DNA of 64,000 bases from Tubulanus polymorphus. Taxonomy: Eukaryota; Animalia; Nemertea. The DNA lies in NCBI RefSeq assembly GCF_964204645.1, contig NC_134025.1, forward strand, positions 1,674,001 to 1,738,000. Reading direction: 5' to 3'. Positions 35,461 through 50,360 of this stretch are shown piece after piece (within the stretch, counting starts at the first letter, position 1; each line of letters begins with the position of its first letter). The notes below the pieces were generated by a model. The model was not told the DNA's origin. It saw only the letters and a list, made by a program, of their open reading frames with translations, and made no database searches. The position numbers were made by a program, and so were the translations under genes.

Positions 35461-38400
35461 ATAAAACTATAAGCTTATAGTTCTACGATAGTAATGGGTC
35501 GATATCAGTTCATTTCATCCATCGCTCCTAGATTCACAACAGTTCATTTTATGTTCTTCAACGAATCAATTTTTCTTTATTGTTCCACACGTAGAATCTT
35601 CCTCAAAAATTGAATGAAATATCTAAGATAATCATCGTCATTTACTTATTTTGTCTATCTATATATAGTACTAATGAGTTGGACGAGAGAGTGATTTATA
35701 AAAATGAGGAAATTTCAAATATATACACCGTGAAATGAATGAGATAGTGGTGCGCGTTAGGCTGAAAAAAGTAACGATATTTCAGCGCAGAAGACTCTTG
35801 TAACCTATTAAATTAATTGTTCTACCTATTTTGCTGTATTTTGAGTGCCATCCACTAATTGACAATAACGAGGATAAAAGCATATCAATTAACGCGCGTA
35901 TTGTACACAAAATTTCAATGTTGAAAATCTTGTGTTAAAACAAACACATAGAATATTTTTTATCTTTTGATCGGCAATTTACGACACAATTCTGTTCATT
36001 CTGTAGATCGTTTGTGAAGTATGTTTGCATATGTGAAATAATAGCTTTTCAGGGAATACTAGGCTTTTTATTATATTTGAAATAACGGTTTTTGAATTCT
36101 ATTACACGTGTTTGGTGTGTAATAACTGGCAGGTGAATAGTGATAGGTAGTGATCGTTTGTAATAAAAGCATTAAAACCTGACTGCAAGATTTTTCCACT
36201 GCTCAGTGTTTCATTTGGTTCTTCTTCGTTCTTCAACCGTATCGATATTTTCGATAATATTTCAGATAATATCCTAACGATGAAACAGCGATTCTCAGCG
36301 CAATAGCCACAGGATGAGAAATTTGATATTAAGTACAGAGTACCTTAAATTAACATCGATCGAATATCTGTAGTTCGAATAAAATATATCAGAGACCAAG
36401 TGAATTATAGAGCCTGCTCTTGTGTTGAACGAGGCCCGATCTAAAACCCGATCATTCGACTGTATTTTATTACGGAGCGTCACTCGTGTCGATATGCGCG
36501 TACATTGATTTATAAAATACAAACAATTGTTTAGAAAATGACAAAACTTGTATTGTATAATCATAGTAATGTATCTCAAATAATAGGAATAAATTGACTC
36601 AAGAAATATGAATTAGTCTTTGTTGATCGCGAGTAGAAGGCAATTTGTGTAGTGTTTATCTTGCATTAACTCAATCCCTTTGGGTGTTTTATTGAAATGA
36701 CGCTTTCGTATGTATTTATTCTCGGCTGGAAAAAGCCAACGTTCGTTGCGTTGAATAAGCATTTAATGCAACAACAAAACTTAGTTTTACCCCGACTGAC
36801 TGCTGCCATTTAACCATTTTACTGAAATACGAGATATACTTCATTTCGCTTATCCGGCGATGCTTAATGAAAAATTATTTCAAAAGCTTTTAAAGTTGCC
36901 TTCGAGCTCCAGTGACTCATTAGAACACATTGGGGACGAAACATTGGTGTAGGCTGTTAAAAAACACATTCTTACAGAATTATCATGAAAAGTCGAATGT
37001 TGAGGTAATACTTCATCGTCACAAATCAAAAAATGTTCCATGGATATAAATTGAACTGGGGGTGAATTGATTGCGGTGAATGCTTTCAAATCTATATTTC
37101 AAGTATATTAAACAGGCAGGTGATATTCCTATTAAATATGGATATTTTACTCCATAGATTTCATTACAGAAAAATGCCGAATATGAAAGATACGTAGATG
37201 TCAATCGACTTGTGAAGCGTTTTGTGCACAACGAGAAGTAAGTAATGTATAACAGTGTTTGAAATTCTATCAAGATTGTTTGCAATACCGTGGCTTAGAT
37301 ACTTTCTCTGCTTAAAATTCACAAAATGTAACAATACGATTTATTATCGTAGAAATAAATGGGATTTCTGCTCGCAGGAGTCATTAATACGTCTCACTCG
37401 AATAGCAGGAAACATGTATAAATATGATTGGTTTGGGAAAGAATTCGTGTCGTAAACGCCCTTCCGATTTAAGTCATCCTATCTGTCAGTGACGAATACG
37501 TTACTTCTAGCCATTGACAAAACGCTCGTGTTGTAACGATGATATAAAATCCCACATAAAAATGAGAAAAGGTTTCCTCAATTGAAAGATTTCAACCTTT
37601 CGACTTAATGTCCAGAAACTAAGTGCAGGATCGACGATAATCTACAAGGTTTAAGTCGAAAATTCGAATAAATGATCAGCCCAAGGAAATATCTGCGGAC
37701 CCTTTTTTCTTTATGAGTGTGAGATTTTATATTGCTCGTTACTTCTACTTTTTCTTAAGAAAATATCAATTGATAAAACACACGTTTTCTGTAGCTTCGG
37801 AAACAACGCACATTTATCATCGAATATTTGCGAACCAAGTTTCAATATTTGTAGTCTGGATATTTGCGCTCAGAAAAAGATGTTTGTAAAAGTGACTACG
37901 GTAAGGGCGGCGGTACACCTGCCTACAAACGAGTAATCACGCGGTTTAAAAATAAACCGCAATAAGACCAATTAGATATAAACTGTCTTTCAGAACGACA
38001 GCTTAACGTCGATGAGATTACACGACATTTACTGTCGTCGTTTACTATAGTCAAACTTGTCTATGGTAAAGTCGAAGCTGAAGCAAGGTTTGCTCCTCAC
38101 TGAATTTCTAATAAAGAGGAATTTCCAAATGAAGTCGGAGATCTTAATAATTCAAATTCCTATTCAATCGTTAAGACAATGACATTGTATTTATGAAATG
38201 GGGATCTATTTGATGTCACGAATCCTCAAACCTAAAAGACAGACTGTGGTGATGTAACTTATGAACATATCCATTATGAAATACTTTTTGTATACACTAC
38301 CACGAATATTACCTTTTTCAGTCTTTTTTTGTATTAAGTTTGATCGAATCTCGATTAGATTATTGGATTCTTGATCAAAAAAGAAATACCTTGACACCTT

Positions 38401-39317
38401 ATACTAGATGAATTTCTACTATCATTTAGATGAATATTAGAATCAAATATCTAACCACCACTGAGTGAATTACTGATTTAACAATAATTGCCTATAAAAA
38501 GATCAAAAGAAATGAAAACGGAAAATACATTATGACTCTACTAAACCTTACCGTTTCAATTTAGCATTTTATTTAAAAAACGTACCTTGAAAATTAGAGA
38601 TATTTCCTGTCATCAATGTCCGAAATACAACTAACCGGTGTGTTGGAGAATGCAGAATGATTTTATCAACCAGACTCAATAATACCCTTGTTATTTACAT
38701 GTTCTATAAAGGTATGATCGGCTAGACAGACCCCTGAGGGTTCCTGGTTGACCATGAAGTGCGAACATAACCCGACAGCATCTGATTTATATAGACGTCG
38801 ATTGATGATGCAGATCGCAGGGGTAAAGTCTGCCCCTTCACCATCTCATCATTCAAAAGCGTCGCTGTCGCTAATATCCGTTGTTTCTCGGCGATCTTCT
38901 TCATTCGATATCGAATTCAACTGCGCGCAAAAAACCATCAGATTTTTACACCGGTATTTTACGTATATACAGTGAAAAAAGACACATTCTGGATGCAACG
39001 AGTGTTAACGATGAACTCATTGATACAGGACCAACTCAAATCATCGGTTGAGTTTTGTATTAAACATTTGACATAAATTCGCCATGTACAATTTTTGAAA
39101 CACGCTGAATCCGTGTGTCATTGAGTCGGAAATGTTTGCTGGAACTCGCGGTTTTTCGACGATTCGACTGGATTCTAATAGTCATCTTCAGGAAGTGAAT
39201 TCGGTACTTGTGACTGTTAGGATGTAGTCGAAACATCGAATAAACCATTAGCACGAGGGAACATTTTCGACTCTTTTTTATTTTAGTGTTGAAATCTGGT
39301 ATCATCATCATGTGTAT

Positions 39318-39500
39318 AATTCAATTCAATTCAATTCTTACTTTATTGCCTCTTGGAAAAGTTTCACAATAAATCATACAAACATAAAAAGCAATAAAGG
39401 AACATTAAAAAGACAGGTTGAAATTTACAAGAATTACGCGATAAGATTAAAAAAGGAGACAAGGTAACATATAAGAAAACAGAACAAACATAGTTTAAAT
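39318..39500 (-). mobile_element. 3' end of a 5'-truncated CR1/L2-type LINE
   Basis: Minus strand reads ...GGCAATAAAGTAAGAATTGAATTGAATTGAATT: poly(A) signal followed by a (TTGAA)n tail, preceded by T-rich UTR-like sequence. 5' boundary uncertain. Confidence 0.5.
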
Positions 39501-40013
39501 CATATATTTACCCGTATTTTATCAATGATCACAACGTATATATATATATATATATATTGCATGTGTTCAGTTGTGATCGGTAAAAAAAAAGTGAAGGACG
39601 GTGAAATTAGAGGTTGCCGTAGTGCATTTTCTTGTGAACATCGCAATAGTTATCATCATTATCTTCGGTCACATTTTCTACATTTCTGCAGATAACAATT
39701 CTGTATTATTCGGTCATCGATAGTAAAGACGTAAATGGCTCATTATTGGGTAATTCTGGATGACGTGATACAGTACCGGAAGCTGACCGGATACAGAGCG
39801 GTAGGGGATCCTTGCAATCGGCTACGTGTCTATTCAGAGATTGAGAGTCTTATTCATAGTCATTCACAGAATTTGAGAAATTACAGTTAGATTTTGATTG
39901 AATCTGAGAAGAAATCCGGGACCGGAATCCACACTAGCGAACCTGGTAGATCCTCGCTTGCCACAGGTGGAATCCTCGATTGCCACAGTCATAATCAACT
40001 CATGTCACATCAA

Positions 40014-41036
40014 CTATTGACGGCATTTCACCAATTCCCTCAACGTAGTTTTAAAGAATTTAATTCTGATACTGTAAATGATAAAATTACAAGCGTAGTT
40101 CGCCATCCACAAGATAGATGTCGTGTACATCAACTGAAACATGTTCATATGATCATAAATACTCAATCGATTTGTGTAAAATAAATCCAATAGACTATAT
40201 GAAGTAACGACTATAACACGTGGTAACATACATACTGCAAATGTAGTCGATATGATCAGTAAATTTACTGTAATTGCAAGATCCTGATTTCTTCGAGGTT
40301 TCGAAGTTTCGATTCTTTGCAGCGGAATTTCAGTCGTTTTCGAACATTTCAAAACGAAAATGATCACGAAATTGACGACGATTATGCATAAAGTGGGGAA
40401 CGTAAATTGCAGAAAAAATATAACGAAGAGAATTATCGAGCCCGATTCTCCTAAAGTTTCCCGAGGTATCATACAATACGATTGATCAACACCAGGTGTA
40501 AACTGAATATCCATTACCCACAACTTTAAGATATTTAATGGAATCGTGCTCGCTATTAATAATAAAATGACAAGTCTTCGACGTTTGTTAGTGATGAATG
40601 CAGTCGCTTTCAGTGGACTACAAACTGCAATGGCGCGCTCGGTTGCAAATATTACAACAATCCACGATGACAATAACGAACAAAATGTAGCGAACATTTC
40701 TCCCAATTTACACACGACAACGTGACTGGCCAAAACGTTGATCTTTTCATAACCTGTAACTATAGCCATACCGTCTTGTAACCAATTTCCTAAACCATTT
40801 ATGAATATATTACCGCAGTCAGCAATGGCGAGGATGACAAAGTACAAAGCTCCCGAGTTGTTCCACCTGTTAGCTTTACAAAATACAACGATCGTCAACG
40901 GATTCCCGAGTAGTCCTAAAGAGATTATGAATATAGCGATATAACCCCTTAAAAATCTCGAAAAGAGATAGAACGAATACGAGAACTTCAACCACGGAAA
41001 TAGGAGGGTTGGTTCCGTCATGTTTGGATCGAACAT
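40014..41036 (-). CDS. Intronless class A GPCR (FMRFamide/peptide-receptor-like expanded family)
   Basis: GLLGN, LAIAD, ATERAIAVC.PL, CMLP, NYACNFIIY. First ATG at 41036. Clear paralog of the two downstream GPCRs. Confidence 0.92.
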   Translation of the reverse strand: MFDPNMTEPTLLFPWLKFSYSFYLFSRFLRGYIAIFIISLGLLGNPLTIVVFCKANRWNNSGALYFVILAIADCGNIFINGLGNWLQDGMAIVTGYEKINVLASHVVVCKLGEMFATFCSLLSSWIVVIFATERAIAVCSPLKATAFITNKRRRLVILLLIASTIPLNILKLWVMDIQFTPGVDQSYCMIPRETLGESGSIILFVIFFLQFTFPTLCIIVVNFVIIFVLKCSKTTEIPLQRIETSKPRRNQDLAITVNLLIISTTFAVCMLPRVIVVTSYSLLDLFYTNRLSIYDHMNMFQLMYTTSILWMANYACNFIIYSIRIKFFKTTLRELVKCRQ

Positions 41037-41102
41037 CTTCACGCTGTGAAGGCAGTCTACCTAATGATTAGATGTATATATAGATTTTGGTTTACGCATC
41101 TA

Positions 41103-41668
41103 GAATACGAATACGAATACGAATACGAATACGAATACGAATACGAATACGAATACGAATACGAATACGAATACGAATACGAATACGAATACGAATACGA
41201 ATACGAATACGAATACGAATACGAATACGAATACGAATACGAATACGAATACGAATACGAATCACGAATACGAATACGAATACGAATACGAATCACGAAT
41301 ACGAATACGAATACGAATACGAATACGAATACGAATACGAATACGAATACGAATACGAATACGAATACGAATACGAATACGAATACGAATACGAATACGA
41401 ATACGAATACGAATACGAATCACGAATACGAATACGAATACGAATACGAATACGAATACGAATACGAATACGAATACGAATCACGAATACGAATACGAAT
41501 ACGAATACGAATCACGAATACGAATACGAATACGAATACGAATACGAATACGAATACGAATACGAATACGAATACGAATACGAATACGAATACGAATACG
41601 AATACGAATACGAATACGAATACGAATACGAATACGAATACGAATACGAATACGAATACGAATACGAA
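41103..41668. repeat. (GAATAC)n hexanucleotide satellite with GAATCAC interruptions
   Basis: ~565 bp; variant units at 41259, 41290, 41417, 41478 and 41509. Confidence 0.98.
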
Positions 41669-42297
41669 TGAAACGAATATGAATAGAAATGAAAGATAAT
41701 GATTTGGAAAACAATTTCATGGGTTCGTTTCATTACGTGGTAGATTGTGACAGTAATCGATCGACATTGCAACTTTCTTTTATTTTCACTGTTTTAAATG
41801 CGTCCTATTAATATTTGTTCCGTTCGTTTTTGTATTTTAATGCCGTGTCTGTCCTATGTAATTCTGTTATTACTTAGGAAAAAATCTTAATTGGTCACAA
41901 CGTTGACCACAAGCGTAAAACAAGACACATTTTCAAACTCGGGTTTTCTTTGGCCAATTGTTTGAATTTATTTTTCATGAAGAATGAATCCAGTTTGTAC
42001 CGGTGTAGATACCGTATGTACGCATACTAAATGACTGGTATAGGCTGAATAGTTTTGCATCGAAGAGAATTGTAGTTAAATTCCATTCGCATGGTAGAAA
42101 TTCACGAATTCAATTTGTCTTCTAGATGCACAAAAACAGTACACTTTCATACCCTGTAACAATTCTTAAATTTTGATTTGATATAAAATGTGTACTGAAC
42201 GTCTATTCGATATGAATAGACATCAGTGCATTTATACATCTAATATTCAGCAGAAACTTATTTCATTCAAATCAGAATCAGTTAATGTTCTGTAAAG

Positions 42298-43308
42298 ATG
42301 GTAACTGAAAACGGCACAGCGGTTCATTACATATTTTCAATACGATTCGCTGTATCAGTGCGTTTTGTTTCTTTGCTTCTCAGAGGTTACGTTTCACTAT
42401 TTATCTTGATCGTCGGAATCAGTGGTAACTTGCTTACGATTGTAATTTTCGTCAAAGCTGCCAGATGGAAGGACACTGGAGTGATTTATTTTACCTATTT
42501 AGCCATTACTGATTTGGGAAATTTGTTTGTAAAAGGCGTCGATGACTGGTTGGAAAGCGGTTATACAGTTGTTACTGGTAAAACTAAAGGTATCGCGATG
42601 TTAACTAGTCATGTTGCTGTATGTAAAATCGGTGAAGCGCTTGCTGTATTTTGTTCATTTTTGTCATCGTGGATAGTTGTAATGTTTGCTATAGAACGCG
42701 CTATTGCTGTTTGTTTACCGCTGAAAGCTGGGACACTTATCACTCGAAAACGACGTAAAATTGGTCTCATTCTTATGTCATGTTCCACCTTTCCATTGAG
42801 CGTTTTAATGTTTTTGACAATCGATATCGGTGTAGCCTTTGGTCGACCTCTTTGTATGATACCCGAATCATCAGGACAGTTCGGTGCCAATTTCCTCTTC
42901 GTCTTGTTCACCCTCGAATTCACGGTTCCAACAATCTGCGTCAGTTTGTTAAACCTTATCATTATCTGCGGTTTTCGTTTTTCGAATGGGAAAAAAGACA
43001 TGATTAAAAAACGAAAAATCCAAGAAAAAGAAATTACGGTGAATCTTCTGATAATTTCATTAGCGTTCACTTTTTGTATGTTACCACGTGTTCTGTTTGT
43101 AATGATATTGAATTCAATTCAAATCACGTGGACTCCACGAGACAACAGAGTCTTATATGATATAATGCGTATAACAGACACGATCTGGTTTTTCAATTAC
43201 GCATGTAATTTTTTCATATACAGCTCCCGTTTAGGTTTCTTTAAATCAACACTTGTCCAAATGTTCATCAGAAGAACCGTTAACTTAACAACTCTTCATC
43301 AAAAATAG
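42298..43308 (+). CDS. Intronless class A GPCR, tandem copy 1
   Basis: GISGN, LAITD, AIERAIAVCLPL, CMLP, NYACNFFIY. Confidence 0.93.
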   Translation: MVTENGTAVHYIFSIRFAVSVRFVSLLLRGYVSLFILIVGISGNLLTIVIFVKAARWKDTGVIYFTYLAITDLGNLFVKGVDDWLESGYTVVTGKTKGIAMLTSHVAVCKIGEALAVFCSFLSSWIVVMFAIERAIAVCLPLKAGTLITRKRRKIGLILMSCSTFPLSVLMFLTIDIGVAFGRPLCMIPESSGQFGANFLFVLFTLEFTVPTICVSLLNLIIICGFRFSNGKKDMIKKRKIQEKEITVNLLIISLAFTFCMLPRVLFVMILNSIQITWTPRDNRVLYDIMRITDTIWFFNYACNFFIYSSRLGFFKSTLVQMFIRRTVNLTTLHQK

Positions 43309-44511
43309 ATAAAAACACATTGAAAACACAGCCTTCGTATATTCGTATCACTGCGCCCAACGGGATTGGTTCTACTTTTCTAGAACCCCAGACCCCCGAG
43401 TACCGTGCGATGAGAGACCAGCTGGGAGGACAATCTTCAAATAACGACGGGGAGAATTCATCTTTTCACTAACTACTCAGTGATTAATTTTCTTCAATTT
43501 GTGAATAATTTCTTAGATTTTGGAGTGATAGAAAATATTAAGTAGATAGGTTTTGATGAATAATTCATTAAGCTGCTAAAATTCGGTTGTTATCATCTAT
43601 ATAATCATGCCTAGGGTGAATTTAGTCGTGAAATTACATTAGGAAATAAGAGAATTGAGACCTGAAGTCAAAAACGAATCATGAAATTCAAAAAGGCCAT
43701 CAACAGAATAGCATCGTATTAAAGAATTAACCGCGATCTAAAATCAGTAGCTTCCGTCTTTAAATCGCCATTAATGAAACGCTATGGATCCGTGTTGTGA
43801 CGATGATATAAAGAGAATCCGACAATAATAACGAAACAACAAGTCCGAAAATGTTTCCTTGAGCCAGGAGTTTATTCAACGTTTTTAACAGTCATCTTCA
43901 TGAATATTTTTTCTTTATACCAACTCCTTTAATCTCTGAAGAAAGAGATTCTGCACTGAGTGTGTTGATTAATTCCATTGCAGAAAACCAACAGAATGTC
44001 AAGCAGCGTCAGTGCACAACCTGGACCGCGTGTAAAAAATTACATGCGCAATTCAGAAAAAAGATCGTGTCAAAAAAAACTGAAAAATGAAAACCGTAGA
44101 TAATGATGAGGTTAACAAATTCAACATCCAGAACGCAGATGACGCAGACCAGACATATTTTCAAAATTTTCTGTGGTCAATTGTTTGAATACATTTTTCG
44201 TGAAAGATGAATCCAGTTTGTACAGGTATAGACACCGTATCTCCGCATACGAAATCACTAGTTCATGCAAAAGTCTTTGTGTCGAAGAGAATTGTAGTAA
44301 AATTACATTATCTAAATCGCATTGTAGAAATTCACAAATTCAATTTGTCTTTTATTTGCACAAAAAGCAGTCCATTTTCATGCTGTAACGATTCAAAAAG
44401 TTTTATTTGATATAAAATGTGCACGAAACGTCAATTCGATATGAATAGATGTTAGTGTATTCAATGGAACTTATTTCACACCAAATCAGAATCAGTTAAT
44501 GTTTCGTAAAG

Positions 44512-45498
44512 ATGGTATTCGAAAACAGCACAGCGGTTCATTACATATTTTCAATACGATTCGCTGAATCAGTGCGTTTCGTTTCTTTGCTTCTCAGAGG
44601 TTACGTTTCACTATTTATCTTGATCGTCGGAATCAGTGGTAACTTGCTTACGATTGTGATTTTCGTCAAAGCTGCCAGATGGAAGGACACTGGAGTGGTT
44701 TATTTTACCTATTTAGCCATTACTGATTTGGGGAATTTGTTAGTAAAAGGCGTCGATGACTGGTTGGAAAGCGGTTATACAGTTGTTACTGGTAAAACTA
44801 AAGGTATCGCGATGTTAACTAGTCATGTAGCTGTATGTAAAATCGGTGAAGCGCTAGCTGTATTTTGTTCATTTTTGTCATCGTGGATAGTTGTAATGTT
44901 TGCTATAGAACGCGCTATTGCTGTTTGTTTACCGCTGAAAGCTGGGACACTTATCACTCGAAAACGACGTAAAATTGGTCTCATTCTTATGTCATGTTCC
45001 ACCTTTCCATTGAGCGTTTTAATGTTTTTGACAATCGATATCGGTGTAGCCTTTGGTCGACCTATGTGCAGGATACCCAAATCATCAGGTCAGTTCGGTG
45101 TTATTTTCCTCTTCGTCTTGTTCACCCTCGAATTCACGGTTCCAACAATCTGCGTCAGTTTGTTAAACCTTATCATTATCTGCGGCTTTCGTTTTTCAAA
45201 TGGGGAAAAAGACTTGAATAAAAAACGAAAAGTCCAAGAGAAAGAAATTACGGTGAATCTTCTGATAATTTCATTAGCGTTCACTTTTTGTATGTTACCA
45301 CGTGTTCTGTTCGTAATAATATTGAATTCAATTCAAATCACGTGGACTCCACGAGATAACAGAGTTTTATATGATATTATGTATATTAATAGCGCAATTT
45401 GGTTTCTGAATTACGCCTGTAATTTTTTCGTATACAGCTCTCGTTTAGGTTTCTTCAAATCGTCCCTTGTCCAAATGTTCACCAGAACCATTAAATAA
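44512..45498 (+). CDS. Intronless class A GPCR, tandem copy 2 (recent duplicate of 42298-43308)
   Basis: Near-identical protein; ~350 bp of upstream sequence (41925-42297 vs 44150-44511) is also duplicated. Confidence 0.93.
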   Translation: MVFENSTAVHYIFSIRFAESVRFVSLLLRGYVSLFILIVGISGNLLTIVIFVKAARWKDTGVVYFTYLAITDLGNLLVKGVDDWLESGYTVVTGKTKGIAMLTSHVAVCKIGEALAVFCSFLSSWIVVMFAIERAIAVCLPLKAGTLITRKRRKIGLILMSCSTFPLSVLMFLTIDIGVAFGRPMCRIPKSSGQFGVIFLFVLFTLEFTVPTICVSLLNLIIICGFRFSNGEKDLNKKRKVQEKEITVNLLIISLAFTFCMLPRVLFVIILNSIQITWTPRDNRVLYDIMYINSAIWFLNYACNFFVYSSRLGFFKSSLVQMFTRTIK

Positions 45499-45784
45499 AT
45501 ACAAAATGCATCTACTCTTATCTATAGTATCAAAGTTTGCCCATCGCCGATTAGGTTCGAATCCCAGGATGAAATTTGCTCCGACAGATACCTCAAATAC
45601 TCAGTAACAACGTACAATATGCCATTACCACAAATTTATTTGATAAACAATAATTACATAAATATAGTTTTTGAAGCAATGCATGACAAATAATGACTAG
45701 ATATCAATCGAATTGACATTTATTTCATTCTAAACAGAATATTCCTGTTCTCAGATCTTCAATATATGCAAATCCAGAGTTGAT

Positions 45785-48677
<2,893 letters not shown>

Positions 48678-48821
48678 ATTCACTTCTATTCGATAGAACC
48701 TTCAGTTCAAAACAAATGCCGTAATTCTATCTGACCTGATGAGGGAAATATTCGCCGAAATATTGCAAAAATATCCACAAATCGGTAAGAAACCGGTATA
48801 TTCGTATCTTGTGGATAGAAG

Positions 48822-49137
48822 CCAGTCCGTGCAGCCAGGTGTGGATCCTGCTACGAAATTGGCGGCAGCACTGTACGGTCACCTAGCGGAATTTCTGTGA
48901 ATTACAGCGGGCTATATTACGCTCTTGATTGACCATTGAATCTCCTTTCGAGTGAAATATGGTGATCATTACTTTCAAAAGGTTAGTTTTGACGTTCTAT
49001 AGCATGGGGCACCGTTAAATAGAAGCTTACTCAAACTACGCGGTGCACTAACCCGTGGCATTACATTAGTTCGCAGAAATTCCGCTAGGTTACCGTATAG
49101 TACTGCCACCAAGGTTTTGCACATGTAGACTGGACTG
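48822..49137. mobile_element. MITE-like element with long subterminal inverted repeats upstream of UBA5
   Basis: TTGGCGGCAGCACTGTACGGTCACCTAGCGGAATTTCTGTGAA (48859-48901) is inverted at 49070-49112 with few mismatches; outer ends CCAGTCC/GGACTGG. Confidence 0.7.
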
Positions 49138-50360
49138 GTTGCCTTTCGAATTCTGCGCCACCTGTATTCGCAGTCCAAACTGAAAGTAGAAACCGGCAAC
49201 CAGTCTATTAAAGATGTCACACCCGCGTAGTTTGAAATGGTTGGACATGTGTTCTGCCAATTAGAATTTTCGGCCCCTTCCTAAATGATAATAGCTGCCA
49301 TTAATAACATTGATAAGGCTTTTGAATAAAACTCTTAATGCCAGCTCACATGAACAAGACCAAAAAACAAGATCGAACAAATCATATCTTTCTTTCTATA
49401 TTTATTCATAACTCTGATGAGCAAATAACAAGGTAATATGTGATACACATTTCAATATGATAAACCGGTATTATAATGAATCGTCAGTTTACAAAAATAT
49501 GAAAATCTTTCTAACATCTTAATTTACATCATGCATCTTATTTACATCATTTAATCAATCGAAAAAAGTTACTTAGTCAAGTCACTTGGTATATTTGATT
49601 TCTAATTACTTTCTGCAAGTTGATACTTCTTGTGTTACGAAAAAAAGAGAAACAAGAAGAACAATTCGCCAGAATAAAATTAAATAATTTGAAAAATGTA
49701 ATATATATGTAACACCTGGAAGCACAGATTTAATCTAATAAAGTAATCCTTCAGACATAGAGTCTTTATGAAATACTAATTGGAAGGATCAGCATCGAAA
49801 TAAAAATTTTTACTCTCCGAGAAATAAAGGCCACATCGCGATATACATAGATCTAATATCATATTGTACAAAAATCGGAAGCTGTTTCATGACTTTCAGT
49901 TCTATAATACACGTATTTATATTATTACAAAATATCACAGTCAATATATCAATAATGAGTGGTTCATCCACTATAATCAATAAATACAAATTCCCAGAAC
50001 GACGGTCATGGTTCATGAAACAGTTAAAAATACAATTACAGGCATAAATCACATTTTCAGAAAGCTCTCATAGCGATTAGAGACATCTGTTAATTAATAG
50101 TGTCATCTGTTACTATCAAATATTTTTTATGCACAATTTTTATTGTATATGATTTTTCCGCACGAAACTTTGTCATGTTGTCATCTGCTGGTGATGTGAA
50201 TAAATCCATAGCTTCAGTTATGAATACATTGAAACACAACGCATTAAGTAGAAAGCCAGTCTTTAGTAGTCATTCATCTACAATTTTAGCTAAAATACTC
50301 ATCGATTGATTTATCCACAGTACATCATCCCAGTCTCGGGTTATATATAATACCATGTTT

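Noticed and set aside
41046-41772. ORFs with YE/RI/TN/YS dipeptide runs; regular array superficially CRISPR-like
   Set aside because: Translations of the (GAATAC)n satellite; there are no unique spacers or cas genes, and the context is eukaryotic.
45553-45570. Isolated B box GGTTCGAATCCC
   Set aside because: No A box or tRNA structure nearby; at most a tiny SINE remnant.
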